This document shows, one piece after another, positions 51,001-64,000 of a stretch of DNA of 64,000 nucleotides. This DNA comes from Tubiluchus corallicola (Eukaryota; Animalia; Priapulida): assembly GCA_030141605.1 (NCBI GenBank), contig JAQGDQ010000204.1, forward strand, positions 331,806 to 395,805, read 5' to 3'. The position numbers and the translations under genes are program-made. Below the pieces are notes generated by a model. It searched no databases, was not told the origin of the DNA, and saw only the letters and a list, made by a program, of their open reading frames with translations. Every line of letters begins with the position of its first letter. The stretch's first letter is position 1.

Positions 51001-54000
51001 CTGTGACACAAGTATAGATATGGTGAGTACAAGCTGATGCACACTGCCTAGTGCCCCACGGAGGTGACGGGGTGCAATCTCCGTCAGATACATCACTACA
51101 GCTCCAGAATTCAATCCTGTAAATTTATTAACAACAGTTAATGCATACCTACAATTCTAGCACAAACTTATATTGTGAATGGTGTAAATTTTGCCAGTTT
51201 TGGTACAAGTTACTACAATTCACCGAGTTTTAAATATACATGTAATCACATGTAATGTAAATCAATTTTCACATTTCAAATATGCCAAACAAGGAGTAAA
51301 CCTAATGTAAAACACTCAATTAATATGAAAAACTAAAAGGAACAACTCCTTCGCAACTAAAAGTCTATTATTTGATGCATAAGTTGTTTATTATAGTTTC
51401 CATGACTTCCTTACTAAATTTTGACAGAACCACATAAGGCAGAGATTACACTTCCTACCCAGATATCACCTTAGAGTTTCACTGCAAGATGATTAAATGT
51501 TTTAACTGCTATGTACATAGTAATTATGCCAAACAGTACTCAACTACTGCTAGTACATGACATTATAAAGCATTGGAAGCCTCTACAGGCTACAAACAGC
51601 TGTAGTAATCACTGTTCGGAAAATAAGGGCTAAGAGGGGACCAGCAAATTCTTACTTTATAGAGCATTTTACAATTTTTACTCTCCCAATCAGAAAAATA
51701 ATTTTGCTTAATAAGACTCATAACTACAGGTTAAAGTAAAAGGGCAAAAACTCACCGCAATTCAAACCAATTATAAACCTTCCGATGATGATTAGTTCGT
51801 AAGAGCCGGCCATCTGAGACATGAACTCGAGCAGCCCACCAATAATTGCCAAACCATTGTTCATCAGCAGTGCACCTTTTCTATAATATAAAATTGTACA
51901 CACTGTACATAATAAAGAGAGAATACCTTCAGCATGTAAATTCACAAACACAGCAAACTGTCAGTTGAAAAACTAAACAAAAAAGAAGGGTTACACTTGA
52001 TACACAAATACAGCAATGCAAATAAATTTCTTAAAAACGTTCTAGAGAGAAGGCGTAGACGGCTTTTTTTCTATTATCAACCTATCTCAAGAAATTTTGT
52101 CATTAAGTAGGTTTTTGACTTTGCGACATTATATCCAAGTGGAATACTTATATGTATATTAAGTAAACAGAACATAAACAAGTTATAGCAATTAGGCTCC
52201 ATGTCTTTGTAAAAAACAAAGCATATTAACGACAAAGACAAGAAGGAAATGACAATAACAAATATTAAAAAAAATTATTTAGGCCATTTCTTGCTTATTC
52301 TAATTTACAATACTAATAACTAATCATGCTTTGACAATAAGAATTATCACTGGAGTTGACATGATAGTAGATGGTTAGTCCACTCAATATGCGCAATTAG
52401 ATTATGATTGTTCATCCCATGGCTGTTCCAAGCCTTTTGTCAAACCGATCTGAGTTGACAAAGACAATCGCATTACAAATCCATGAAATTAGAAGCAGTA
52501 CTAACCTGCCAAATTTGTCTGTGAAATATGCTGTTGAAAGACCACCCGCCATTCCACCCAATGCAAAAACAGACACAATGATAGACCATAACAGATCCAA
52601 ACTCCCAGAACTGATGTCACCAGGCGCTAATGTGGTAGTTGTTGGCAAGGTGGTTGTGAGGTTATTTCCAGAAACATTAAAAGAAAGGACACCTGGATGA
52701 GCAGAGTAGTTGTAACCATGGCGATGTCGCCACACCTCTCTTATCCAGTCTTGAATAATCTGGTGCAGTACAGCAACATACCACTCATTAAGAATTGCAA
52801 TTCATGTTACCAAAAAACAATTTTATTAAATCACTTCTAACTATACATTTCGTAATAGTCATATACAAGTGTTGCAAAGCCATTTAAAGCAACTAAAAAA
52901 TGGGTTCCATTGTAATAGTAAAAAACTCATAGAATAACAAGAAAAAAGTTCTGTGATACATGAAAGTTTCCATTAATTGTTCTTTGATACAAATAGCGAA
53001 TCATTAGATTTCCAAGGTTCTTTCCAGCTTCCTCATTCAGCCCTACTACAAAAAGCTAATTCAAAAAAGGCATAAACCAGTCTACATTGTATTAATAAAT
53101 TAGTAATTTGATAGATTGGTAATTACTTCCATTGTTTTACCTTTTAAATAGCTTCTAAAAGATTAGACATGCGTCACCTGCATTCGCTTGAATCCAAACA
53201 ATATCACAGAGACATTCACAGACAAACCAAACACTATGATTATGTAAAATATGTGGTACAACGTTTTTTACTTTCAACTGCATCTATAGTGTTCTGCGCA
53301 AGACAGCAAATGGTTTTAAAAATATTATTGTCATTAATGTCAAAAATCCCTTTGTCCAAATTGGGCCTTTGTCCAAATTGTTGTGTAACGAAAATCATAA
53401 ACTAATTCCATCTCATCTAGAAGGGACTTGGAAAACATAAAAACCCTCTTACCTCACCAGGTGCATTGATGCATCCAGTATTATACCCCGCCTGAAAGGA
53501 GGAACCTAACGCACACGCACAGACTGCAAGGACTAGATTAGGAGTCAGACCCTGAAATTAACAAAAATGCGTTTAGACAAAAGCAAATCCAGTTTTCATT
53601 CATACCCGCAGATTCAATATATAATACTAACGAGAGCATTACTCTACCACCATAAAAATTAAAGCAGCTAATCATTCTCCCTGACTCATGTAACTTTACA
53701 CGTTTTCTGAGTGTTGCAAACTGGAAGCTAACAGTCCACAAGACAGAAAAGTTAACAGAGAAATAACAAGGAAAGTTTGTAGTAACTTGTGAGATTTTGT
53801 AACTACAATATTATTTTCTTGGCAGACATAATTATTCAGAAAATCCTCTGACCACAGCAACACCAAGCCAAACGTTTTTTCTTCATTTCCACATTATGCT
53901 CTCGAAGCACTGCGACATAAACTGGCCTTTTTAAACACATTTTCCTTTATGACCTTTTGGTGACTGTAGACCTCCATTCTGACTAGGTCATCACATTCTA

Positions 54001-57000
54001 TGATATCATTTATTTTGGCATACTACAAGCCAATAACTAGCACCCAACTGCAGAGCATACTTAATGCAGGCAGTTGTGGCAAGACCAGAACCTTTATCAT
54101 GTTAAAATCCAAGACGAGACACTGAATTATGAGAGATGCCACAACCATATTTGGATGCGCGTATGACCCTCCCTACTAGAATTCAGGAAAAATCAAAAGC
54201 AGCCAAATTTTGCAATTCGTCTTTAAAAGTGAATTCCAAAAAAATGACTGTCCAGTTCAAAGAACTTGTGACTGACAATTTTCACGCCAAATGACTAGAT
54301 GCAAAGTGTAGCTTCAAAAAGACAGTCCTAATGAAGAAACAAAGAGACTGGTACAAAGTGGTTTAAGAAGATAATTACAGAAACATCACAGATTAAGTAG
54401 ATTTACAATTTACAAAATAAGTTCAATCCAATTTCAAAATTTGTGTTAACTAAATCAACTTATTAAGTAATAAAACTGAACTAGCAGTCTCCACTCAAAT
54501 ATGTGAAAGCATTCAAACATGCAAACCTAGTCCATCATATCAGAAAATCTTTAAATTTTAACTGCATGTCCCAAAAGAAAAATGATACGTTCTATGAACA
54601 AGTAGTGTAACAAAATGAGTTAAGAATCTAGAAAAGCTAAAATACTTCCTACAAGTATGGCCAATCTATCTACCGCCTGGTAGAAAAGTAAAAAATATAG
54701 GTCAATCATTTGTGGTACAGATTAATAATCAGTATTACAATCTCTAATTGGTCACCAATGATCATACCAGTAACGATGATCATTATACCAATATAAACTA
54801 ATTTTCAAATCGCGCAAAATAGCATTAGCTAATGAATATATACATATTGATTTAGACAGATTTGCTTCGATATTTTCATATACTCTAGCAGATAATAAAT
54901 AATGCCAAATTGAAAAGTAATGCTGAACTACGTTTGCAAACAATTGGGTCATTTGCACACAGATAGCCACAAGTTCCGCCACACCATAAACAAACACTAC
55001 TGGTTCACCAGAAAAGGCCCGGTGTTGGATGAAAGAGAAATTACGTATCGCCTGTATGATTTATTGTAAACAAATGATAACTTTGTCTTAAGTAATATAA
55101 GACGAAAAGACTCCAAACAATAAAAACATCATAATACATATTCTGCAAAAATAACTGTTGCATTCAAAGAGGGAGGGAGTCAATTTTTTTAAATAGACAA
55201 GTTTTACATTTGTGTTTGTGTTGTGTGAGAAGAGTGTAATAAGTATTCGGAACAAACAAACAAAATCCTAAAGAAATTCATCAATTTAAAGAAAAAAGAC
55301 ACTTAATCATCAATTAAGTACAGAAGAATCATGTGTTAGACAACTTAGACATATCTTAATTGTTTAATTATTTATTTATTTGTTCGGTCTATTTATTTAT
55401 TTAATTTGCTTATTTAATGCATCACTTATTTAAACTATCTTTATGTTATATTGTTTTTTTCCTATCAAATAATTAACGAAATTTATCTTTCAATATTTTT
55501 TGTACATGATAGTATATCATTCACGATACTGTAATGTTACTAATATATATGTTACAGGCAAAGTGTGAAACAGGGTATTCTATAAAATGCTGAGGCATTT
55601 TATGGAGTGCGGAAACAAACCAGATAAGTTGTCTAAAATAATTTCTTCTACACTTTTCCTAGGCCTTTTATAAATGCAAGTTTTATTAAGCAAAGCATGC
55701 AATTCTTTTGTTTCAGATATACTGTTCCCAACCTCCTGGGTATTTTATATAATGTTGAGTAAATTTAAAGTAATGTGAACGTAAAACAATTGTTTTGAGG
55801 AAATTTTCCTAGGTATTTTGTATAATGTTAGTTTTGTTCTAGGGAATGTGCGAAATAAATCACATTTTAGGTACTTGCAAATTTGCTTGTTAGAAAGGTA
55901 ACTAGCATCTCAAGCAAACACTCAGATTGAATGATTGTTTCACTCACACCTGTTGCCTGGTCCTTAAAATCCTTAAAGCTTGATCATGTTGTTTTTGATT
56001 TTGTTGTCGCATTTACCTTTGAAGGCTTTCGCAGGGCACATTTTTCATTGTAGGAAACTGAAACTTTGCATGAAAATGCAATGGGTCATTGCGCAGACTG
56101 TATCAGAGCCCTATTTTTCACTGTCCCAATAAGCCCCTCAGATATACCTGTTAAATGGATAACGTCCATTAAACGAATCTGCCCTTTACATTATTACACG
56201 TTTGGCTTTCTTTCATTCTAATATATGAATGAATCTGTCCCCAATGATGCATATTCTAAATTTTTACAAAAAAAACGGATTCCATTACAACAGGAAACCC
56301 TTCCCATGATTTTCTTACGAAAACCATTAACTGAGAAAAAAGCACGTGTCAGATCCAAGAACATTGGTATCTCCATTCTAGTTGTATTTCATAGGTACAG
56401 AACTAGGTATTTCATAAACAGAACTACTTCATGTTTAAATGAAAGTATGATTTTATGCCGAATTGAGAAAGGGTAGACATTTAAAGCAATGAACATGCAA
56501 TCCCAGTATTACTCTACAATCGACTACTATATTATTCACTAATTGCCACACAGTTATATTTTTAATTTCTATAAGAGTTTTTTAGGATGCCAAAGCAACA
56601 ATTAACTAACCTGTTTTAATACTTAAAGCGTTGAATTCCTTGCTAAATTTAATACATTGCCACTCAGTTATTTGCCTGGACTCTTTTTACGCATTCTATA
56701 CAATGCTTATACTATACTATTCTATGCTAAGCTTTTTGTGTGTTCTAAACAATACCTAGGTGTTGTACAAAAAATCTAGAAAAAGCATTTAACACGAATT
56801 ACTTTCATTTTATACTTTGCCAAAGCAACTTTTCGAATTCTGCATAGATCTTAGTTTTGTATTCTGTATAGACCTTATACAAAACGTCTAGGTAGAGTGT
56901 GAAAATGCAGTAGCAAAAACATTTATTTCATACTTTTCCAGAAATGTGTAGGTGTTATACACAACAGCTAGGAATTTTACACAATATTTTGTACAATTCT

Positions 57001-58278
57001 AAATTTTACACATTACTTGTAACATATACAACAAACAAGCAGTGCCACACGAGTCCAAAGTCGAAACTGTATCTTTTTGCCAGAGTATCAGCTTTTGTTT
57101 TCTTACAGATAATGAAGCGTGTACTCAAACTCTTTTATCTTAAAGTATCGTAAAGAGTTACAATACTTGATAAGAACATAGCACAAACATAGTACATAGT
57201 ACACGCATGCATAAATTCTGAAACAGCCTTTTTCATGAACCGAATTTTCTAATTACTGCAGCTAAAGACGTTTTTGCTTCTACCACAGCTACATAACTCA
57301 AAAGCATATCAATTTTACAAAAGCGTTCAAACAATGAAGGCACTTACAGGACTGGTATCCATAAAAGAATTTACAACAAGTTGACTTGAACAAAATCGTG
57401 TAGGCCAGCTTTATGTAGATCTACAGAAATGTTGTTTAGGCCCAGTTGTTAAAAACAGAGCTTAGAAGCCTAAAAATCCTTTGCGTTGCTGCATTTGCAT
57501 CTTTTTTAAAGACATTGTGCAAACAAACTTCTTTTAATTCTGAGAACAATACGACTACAATAAACAGGACTTTAAATTTTCACAGTGCAGTCACAAGAAA
57601 GCAGATATATGTACTAGTATGTATGCAGGCTTTAAAATCAAAACAATTGTGAAAACTTACACAAGAGACACATAAAAAAGCAAATACCATTATGCATGCA
57701 AATGTTTAGTGTCTGGAATCGAAGCAATTTCGCAAGACCGTGCAGCGCGTTGAAATTCAAAGAGCAAGAGCTGCATTAATAAAAAAAATTTCCACAAAAT
57801 ATTTTTGTGCTAGGCCTCAAAGCAAGCGTGGTCACCACGTTGCTTTAAAATTATATGACAAAGTGCGATTGGCAGTGACAGCTGGCATACTGAGTTATCA
57901 TTATCATTAACTAACTACAAGCTTCCATTTACATAGTCTGAGTAGCAACTGAAAGGTCATTCGTCGTTCAGGAACACAGAAAAAGTATCAAAACAGTATC
58001 AGAATGTTCACACAAGCAGTACCTAAGCCTGCTTTACCGAATTAATATCAGACGAAAAAAAAACATACTCAGACAGCGACTTTTGTAGTAACGAGCAAAA
58101 AATAAGGCGGAGACACATTTACCTCTGTTTTCTTGTGAGGCGGTTCCTGGCGTTCACCCCCATCTGCCACTGTCAGCATTTGGGTCCTCTCCTCTGCTTC
58201 ATACTTACGGTCATATGACACGTCTAATTCACCTTGTTCTGTTCCTGACATATTTTCCAGTTCTATAAATTTTGTCAT
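41944..58278 (-). CDS. SLC2A1-like: Class I facilitative glucose transporter (GLUT1-4-like, MFS sugar porter), ~563 aa: complement(join(41944-42073,42871-43012,45720-45795,46124-46342,48217-48315,49932-50152,50946-51116,51756-51880,52506-52759,53453-53551,58123-58278))
   Basis: GT-AG exons with consistent phases totalling 1692 nt. Motifs [46 protein letters not shown] and PETKG. The start codon (58278 vs 58251) is uncertain. Confidence 0.95.
42871..43012 (-). CDS. SLC2A1-like: GLUT exon 10 ([12 protein letters not shown]...NWLANFLVG...)
   Basis: ttgcag| and |GTAAGT. Confidence 0.94.
45720..45795 (-). CDS. SLC2A1-like: GLUT exon 9 (NDISWAVY...FFATGP-G)
   Basis: tttcag| and |GTAAGG. Confidence 0.93.
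46124..46342 (-). CDS. SLC2A1-like: GLUT exon 8 (VIYYSTRVF...VDHAGRKTL...)
   Basis: ttgtag| and |GTAAGT. Confidence 0.94.
46720..47220. mobile_element. Probable short non-autonomous repeat (HINE/DINE-1-like features)
   Basis: GTCTGTCCG-type motif. An 11-bp inverted pair ATTGATTCTGT (~46738) / ACAGAATCAAT (~47014), each followed by ccgcctgtc. Confidence 0.35.
47450..48050. repeat. Local ~130-bp diverged direct duplication (~47450-47580 and ~47925-48050)
   Basis: Both copies share atagtttaataaacaaagaggaa.tacta.gtgtt...agcatttaa..aaatgcatt. Confidence 0.85.
48217..48315 (-). CDS. SLC2A1-like: GLUT exon 7 (VTVAHIF...[12 protein letters not shown])
   Basis: tttcag| and |GTAAGT. Confidence 0.94.
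49864..49919. repeat. Perfect 28-bp tandem duplication
   Basis: tgaaacaccaggtacgtttaaatcaatg x2, 12 nt from the GLUT exon 6 boundary. Confidence 0.95.
49932..50152 (-). CDS. SLC2A1-like: GLUT exon 6 ([10 protein letters not shown]...CPESPK...SSEEK)
   Basis: ttgtag| and |GTGAGA. Confidence 0.94.
50946..51116 (-). CDS. SLC2A1-like: GLUT exon 5 ([16 protein letters not shown]...WPFLL-G)
   Basis: ttacag| and |GTATAT. Confidence 0.94.
51756..51880 (-). CDS. SLC2A1-like: GLUT exon 4 (KGALLMNN...[10 protein letters not shown])
   Basis: ttatag| and |GTGAGT. Confidence 0.94.
52506..52759 (-). CDS. SLC2A1-like: GLUT exon 3 ([10 protein letters not shown]...LWSIIVSVF...DKFG-R)
   Basis: caccag| and |GTTAGT. 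Confidence 0.92.
53453..53551 (-). CDS. SLC2A1-like: GLUT exon 2 (GLTPNLVL...[14 protein letters not shown])
   Basis: tttcag| and |GTAAGA. Confidence 0.93.
58123..58278 (-). CDS. SLC2A1-like: Probable GLUT first coding exon ([17 protein letters not shown]...PPHKKTE)
   Basis: Hydrophilic open frame ending GAG|GTAAAT in phase 0, matching exon 2. No family motif confirms it. Confidence 0.7.
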
Positions 58279-58549
58279 AACTTGCAAGACATCTAAACCA
58301 AGAAGATCTCAAGCAGACCTAAAACAACCCACAACCAAAAACGGCGTCAAGAACTTCTGTTCATCTGACAAGCACCACAGGTGAGTTTAAGTATTTGTCA
58401 AGCAGGTCTTCAAATGTGGGAGGGTTAATCCGCACACCATAGAGGTTGCTCTCTTTATCTAAATGCAAGCAAGTGTTGGTCACTTCACAAGGTGGGTCAA
58501 ATGTACTTCCTTCCGCTAAACAGTGCTCGATAAATACTGTTAACTAAAT

Positions 58550-59330
58550 AAAACAATATTGGCTTCCTCTGTCTTAATCACCTTCGCAGAAATTTACCGT
58601 AACGACGCATTAATGCGAAGTACAAGAGATAAAAGAGTCAAGACACAAGTGACACAGCTGTTATAACCAGAGCTTTGACAAAACAATCACATTCAGGCAC
58701 CAGTGACCAAACCAACCACAATGACCAGCTCGGCAGCTGTTTAAGCATATAACCTGGCGCGCGTTAACAAAGAGCGGCCACTAATAAAAGAGTTGAACCA
58801 CTGGCCGGCAGCGCTTAGCAACAAGAGAAGCGAAGCTGACTAGAAATCAACTGATCACATGCACAACGGCTGATCCACAGGATGTCCTCGGTTATAAGCC
58901 AAAAACAACAGCACGTATAAACCAGTAGTAGTTAACATTCAGCAGCCAGCAGTGAATTATTATTCTATACGTGTAAGTTGTGCTGGCGAATAAAATACTT
59001 GACGACGATTTAACTTACACACACTGACGCTATAGTGTCGCTACTTGCACGATTGTTTAATAAAAATTAATGAACTAGTAGTTAACGCATCGATTTGATG
59101 TGTGCAAAATGGTCTGTACATAACAGGTTGACATGAACCAAACAGAATAGTCGAAGTACATACGGGTCGTAGTGCTAAAGTACAATAATCCGAACCAGCG
59201 TTAAAAGGAGTGTGCAGACTGCCAGCTTGTCAAGGGAATGATCTTTGCAGCGCGATTAAGAGGGGGCGTGACGAATGAAAAGTCACGGTTTTTTAGAACA
59301 TTTCCAAATCAACGCAAACCGAAATATCTC
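58550..59330 (-). promoter_or_regulatory. CpG-enriched candidate GLUT promoter region
   Basis: CpG-rich patches directly upstream of the first coding exon. Confidence 0.4.
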
Positions 59331-60662
59331 TTAAAACATAAAAAGCCGAATTATTGTTTAATAATACAACTTTATCCGGAAAGTTCTGATGGCGAACAGT
59401 TAAAACTAAATCTGCGATTATAATAGTTGCAAAGTATGAAATCTGAAATAAATATGTATAAAATTGCCCAAAGGTCTGTAACCTATGATCATTTGACACA
59501 TTTATGTCTTGAGCACACAATAATTTTCCATCAAAGTTGTTATAATTTGATTTTATCTTAGAGATGTGTAACAATTAGTGCTTGCACAAAAAGTTTTAGC
59601 AGCAGACAAATGGAAACAAAAACAGGTGAAGAGTCTGAATATCACAAGTTTCACAACTGCAGGGCCATTTACAAGAAAATCAATACTTTTTTTCAAAACT
59701 GATCAGATTGCAAGGGACAAGTTCTGCCGCTTTGTAACCGTGCACCTGTAATGTTACCTATGTAGAGGTTCTGCAGATGGATTTAAAATGAAAACAAAGT
59801 AAGTTTTCTCTTAGTAAGATTATTGTATAACTATAAGCTTGTTATATAAAACAATATAATTTTTAAGCTGAATTTTTTGAAACTTTTGAATAGCTATAAC
59901 ACTTTTCTTCGCTTTGACATTTGACAGAAGAGCAATTGAAGGAAAATATCCAGATAAAATCAGTATTCCTCTAAAATTATTTAATCTGAATATAATTCTC
60001 AACAGCCATCAGCATTCACAGCAACAAAAAAACCATTTCATACACACTCATCACTGGTGAATGTCAGTGAGATGTCAAGAGTCACCTAAATTACCTATCC
60101 AGTTCCAAATACTCCACAATGATATTCCCAGCAGTCATAACAGTACTGATCTTACAGCAATAGACAACTGGATGCTTTCACATAGCACAATTAAATTCAA
60201 AAGACTAAAAACACCTTCAAGGTGATAATTGACAAACATCAATGATATGATTGCATTCATAGGACAGTGTTCATATTTCATGACACATTTATTTGGCAGT
60301 CAATGTATCATCTCGTGATCACACATTATTTCAAATGAGCAGGTTCTAAGCAGTCAGATCTGCTAATTTTTCAATGGGTATGAGAGGTAGATTTTGGAAA
60401 GTGGATATCACATTCATGTACATATGATCGTTTATATAGCCTAATTGTCCCTTGCTGAGGCGAAGAAAATAGCTGAGTAGTCATAGTATTTGATCGGCCA
60501 TGAATCTAAACAATGCTGCATCTCATCAATCTTTCGTAATGTGCTGACTATTCCTCCATTATGGAGGATATACTTACATCCATACTTCACTAAGATGCAT
60601 CTGCCAGTTGAGTGTTAAAAATGTCCTTAATAACAAGTATGGTTCATTATCACCACAATCAC

Positions 60663-60710
<48 letters not shown>
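60663..60710. repeat. (TAT)n microsatellite
   Basis: About 16 perfect units. Confidence 0.97.
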
Positions 60711-60711
<1 letters not shown>

Positions 60712-62259
60712 CAATTTGTACCATGTCATTAACTATAAACAGCATTCTATAACACATAGCAACAAAGTCAGCATTATAGTTAAAATTTAAATTCAGATCC
60801 CTGTAAAATCTAGTGAATTTTTAAATCAAAACACTGTATGCAATATAAAATTATATAATAGTTGTGCCAAACTAAGTTAAAAATTTTAATGCTAAAATGA
60901 ACAGATGAATCTTAAGATTTTTCTTGAACGCATTAAATTTAGTGCAACAATGCAAATCAAAATAGAGTTTGTTTCCTTCTCTTGGGCCAGGTACAGGAAA
61001 AGATCTGTCTGCAAAAGTTTTACAAAATTAAAGGGTACTTCTAAAATGATACCCTGTTCAGCTGTGGAGCAGTGTCCGAACTTGACAAAGAATTGACAAA
61101 CAACCTGGAGCCATATTGTGTAAACATTTGTGTACAAAACACAGAAATTTAAATGCAATTCTGTACCTTATGGCAGCCAATGTAAAATTTTAATGGCTTC
61201 CTTGGTCGAAACTTCCCAGCTATACAAAAGATAATCTGTTATCTAGCATAATGCTTAAATGTTTCACACTGCTTGCGAGTACAATATGAGATTCACATAC
61301 ATCATTACTATTAAAATTCTTTGTACTTTCATAAAACTGTCAACTAAAAGCTATAGCTTCTGTTTAATCAAAGTTCATCCTTTAAGCTGTTTGCACTCAT
61401 GCAATCTTTGACTTGCTGCAGAAACATTAAACATTTGCATGGTTGCAACACAATTTTGTTTTGACACATATGAAACTGGTTTAAGTTTAGAAGTGAAACT
61501 GTGATCATCAGTATAGCAACTGACATTTATCATGACAGAAAGGTATCCTCTAATGTACTGGCATATAACGTAAATAATACGGATAGTTACAGAACGTTGT
61601 GGAACAGAAAATGGTAAAGCTACAGAATCTGACAGAGTGTGATTTACAGAAACATAATAATCACACTTTTTAAGAACTAAACATTTGAAGTGCCAAGTCC
61701 CTGATGATAAATTTAATCTCTAATATATTCAGCAGTACTACATGGCAGGTCAACAGTATCAAATGCAGCTGACATGTCGATCCTTATGAGCAAGGAAGTT
61801 TCCTTTTGTTCCTTACTGGAAAGAATGTCATTTAGACATAACTAACTAAAACAATGCATAATAGCAAAGTGTACGAGATAGTAAATGGTGCCACATTAAA
61901 CCAAGTAAGGAACTGAAACCACTATTCTGCTAGGCTGTAAGAGAGACTGAAAGACAGCCTAAAAAAACTAAATGCAAATTATAACACTAATGAAGACCAA
62001 TGCTACAAGTACCACATATAGAACTTCAGCCTGCAAGCTCGCTCATAGTAAATATTTACCATAATAAAAAGAAAATACGGTACAAAAATGTGAGCAACTC
62101 AACATTAATTTTGCTAAGATGATTCACTATCACAGAAGTAAGAATGGTAGAACAATTTTGGGGAAGTGCAGATGCTATCAAGCTATATAACTGTAGGAGA
62201 AATATGAAGGTCATTGGAATGCCAAAAAATCTGTCATGATAACATTGTAACTTTCTTCA

Positions 62260-64000
62260 AATGGCGCCACGGTGGTTCCACATGGACGTGTTTTTTCCGA
62301 CGTTAATTACAAATTCTAATTTTTCATACAATTTCGACCATATTATCAAATTTTTTTATAAATTTCTGCAAAAATAAAGTGATAACAACAACTGTCACAT
62401 TATTATAGTGATTACGTGATACACTCTATGCTCACGATGCAAAGTGCATTACTTGTATGCGGGTGATTAATGTTGTCGTTAACTACAAAAGAGGCTGTCA
62501 TTTAAGTCAAAACGATTTTTATGGGAGCATACAGGATCGCTGAATAAGGGTAGCTACAGTAATCAACAGTTATCAGCTAGTATGGAAAACAATCCTTTTG
62601 ACGATAGCAGTGTTGATTTGTCTAGTAAATGTGGATCATGTAGTGAGGAAGTACAGCGTGATGATCAGGCCTTGCAGTGTGAAATATGTTGCTTTTGGCG
62701 TCATGTAAAATGCGAGATACCTATAAAATACTTACTAAAGGGAATATGAATCTGCATTGGTATTGAAACAAATATAACACCACTTTTTCTTCGATATTGT
62801 CGTCTGTTGCTAAATTACAGGAACAACATCGTACACTAAAGGCTCGAGTAGATAAAATTACTGATGATGTTCATAGTTGTACAGACAAAGTGATGGGTGT
62901 ATCTGCAAAAGTTGGCGAGCTAGAAAACTCGATTGACAACATCATTAAAAGTAAGGTGAATTCCCAAATAATAAATGAAGTGCAAGAAATGCGGGAGCGT
63001 AAAAAAATAAAAACTCAGCTTGTGTTAGGAAATGTACCCACGGTGGCTTCTAATCTAAGCAAGCATGAGCTACAGCAAATAAACGATGAGATGATAAATG
63101 TCTTCTTGGATAAAATTGGTGTCAGTAATGTAAAGCCGGTTACCAATATATCTCACCTGAAAGCTAAAGATCAAAAAGGTAATGATATGCTCAAATTCCA
63201 AGTTGAGCCTTATGCAGAAAAAGCAAGGATTTTAGAAGCATATCGCCAGATTTGTGATTCAGACAATCGTCAAATTGGAAATATGTTTGTGCGGCCAGAT
63301 TTAACATTCAAACCGCGTGAAGAAAGAAAGGTGCTCATAAGGAATTAGCAGAAAAGAAAAAACGTGAGAAACTGGAACATCAATCATGCCAGAGGAGTTG
63401 TCTACGAAGGGAAAAAGAAAAAGAAATAGGTTGCAGTAAACAGCATCCGAAGAGAAATTGTAACTCATGGAACAAAGTTAAGACTTATTCTGGGAAAAAC
63501 GTTTTGTTTTGTATACTAATGCAGATCAGTTCTTAAACAAGAGACAGGAATTAATTACAAAATTATTTCAGGATTCTACGCTTTATCGTGTAGTTGCAAT
63601 TACCGAGGTGAACTCTAAATCTGGTGAAAATTACATAGAGAAAACTGAGTTAACAATCCCGGGTTATAATATACCTATTTATAACTCTTGTGGCCATGGT
63701 GTAGTTATATACATTCATGAAAGTATTGACTTTTTGAACTACATTTTGTAAATATTTTAAGTGTGCAATATGTGTAAAATTAAACTTCCAGAGAATCAAA
63801 GTTTGTGTGTTTTCTTGATATACAGAAGACCGTCTTCAACAATCAGTGATAATGCTAATCTTATTAAACTGATTTCATATGTGTGTGAATCTCACAAAAC
63901 AAATATCTGTATTTTGGGTGACTTTCATTTGTCAGGAATAGATTGGCAAATGGAGTTCTCCAATAATGCTGTTGAAAATGAGTTTTTAGAATGGTTTGAG
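62260..64000 (+). mobile_element. 5' part of a decayed CR1-type LINE: PHD-finger ORF1 plus start of ORF2 APE, running off the window
   Basis: From ATG 62582: CGSC...LQCEICCFWRHVKC (PHD). Then a coiled coil and MFVRPDLT..REERK, followed by YTNADQFLNK, AITEV, GVVIYIHES, YRRP and ILGDF..SGIDW, with frameshifts and stops. Confidence 0.88.

Noticed and set aside
60608-60790. Poly-Leu ORF
   Set aside because: Translation of the (TAT)n microsatellite.

Overview
AT-rich animal (invertebrate-like) genomic DNA with two convergent spliced genes, reconstructed by hand from GT-AG boundaries. (1) + strand: a heterotrimeric G-protein beta subunit (GNB1-4 type, 341 aa; coding 12215-36969). (2) - strand: a class I facilitative glucose transporter (GLUT/SLC2A1-4-like, about 563 aa, 11 coding exons; 58278-41944). 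Introns and flanks hold decayed LINEs, Tc1/mariner and Harbinger-like fragments, short repeats and microsatellites. The main observation is that the G-beta gene has two separate pairs of tandemly duplicated, intact coding exons. One is a 64-nt mutually exclusive pair (3a 20707-20770, 3b 20832-20895). The other is a pair of 107-nt alternative last exons (9a 36100-36206, 9b 36863-36969) with different 3'UTRs. This allows up to four G-beta isoforms from one locus. The variable residues appear, from recalled G-beta1 structure, to lie near the G-gamma C-terminal pocket, and Rbfox/STAR motifs cluster around both cassettes. I could not check novelty or expression. Most entries in the ORF track are spurious.
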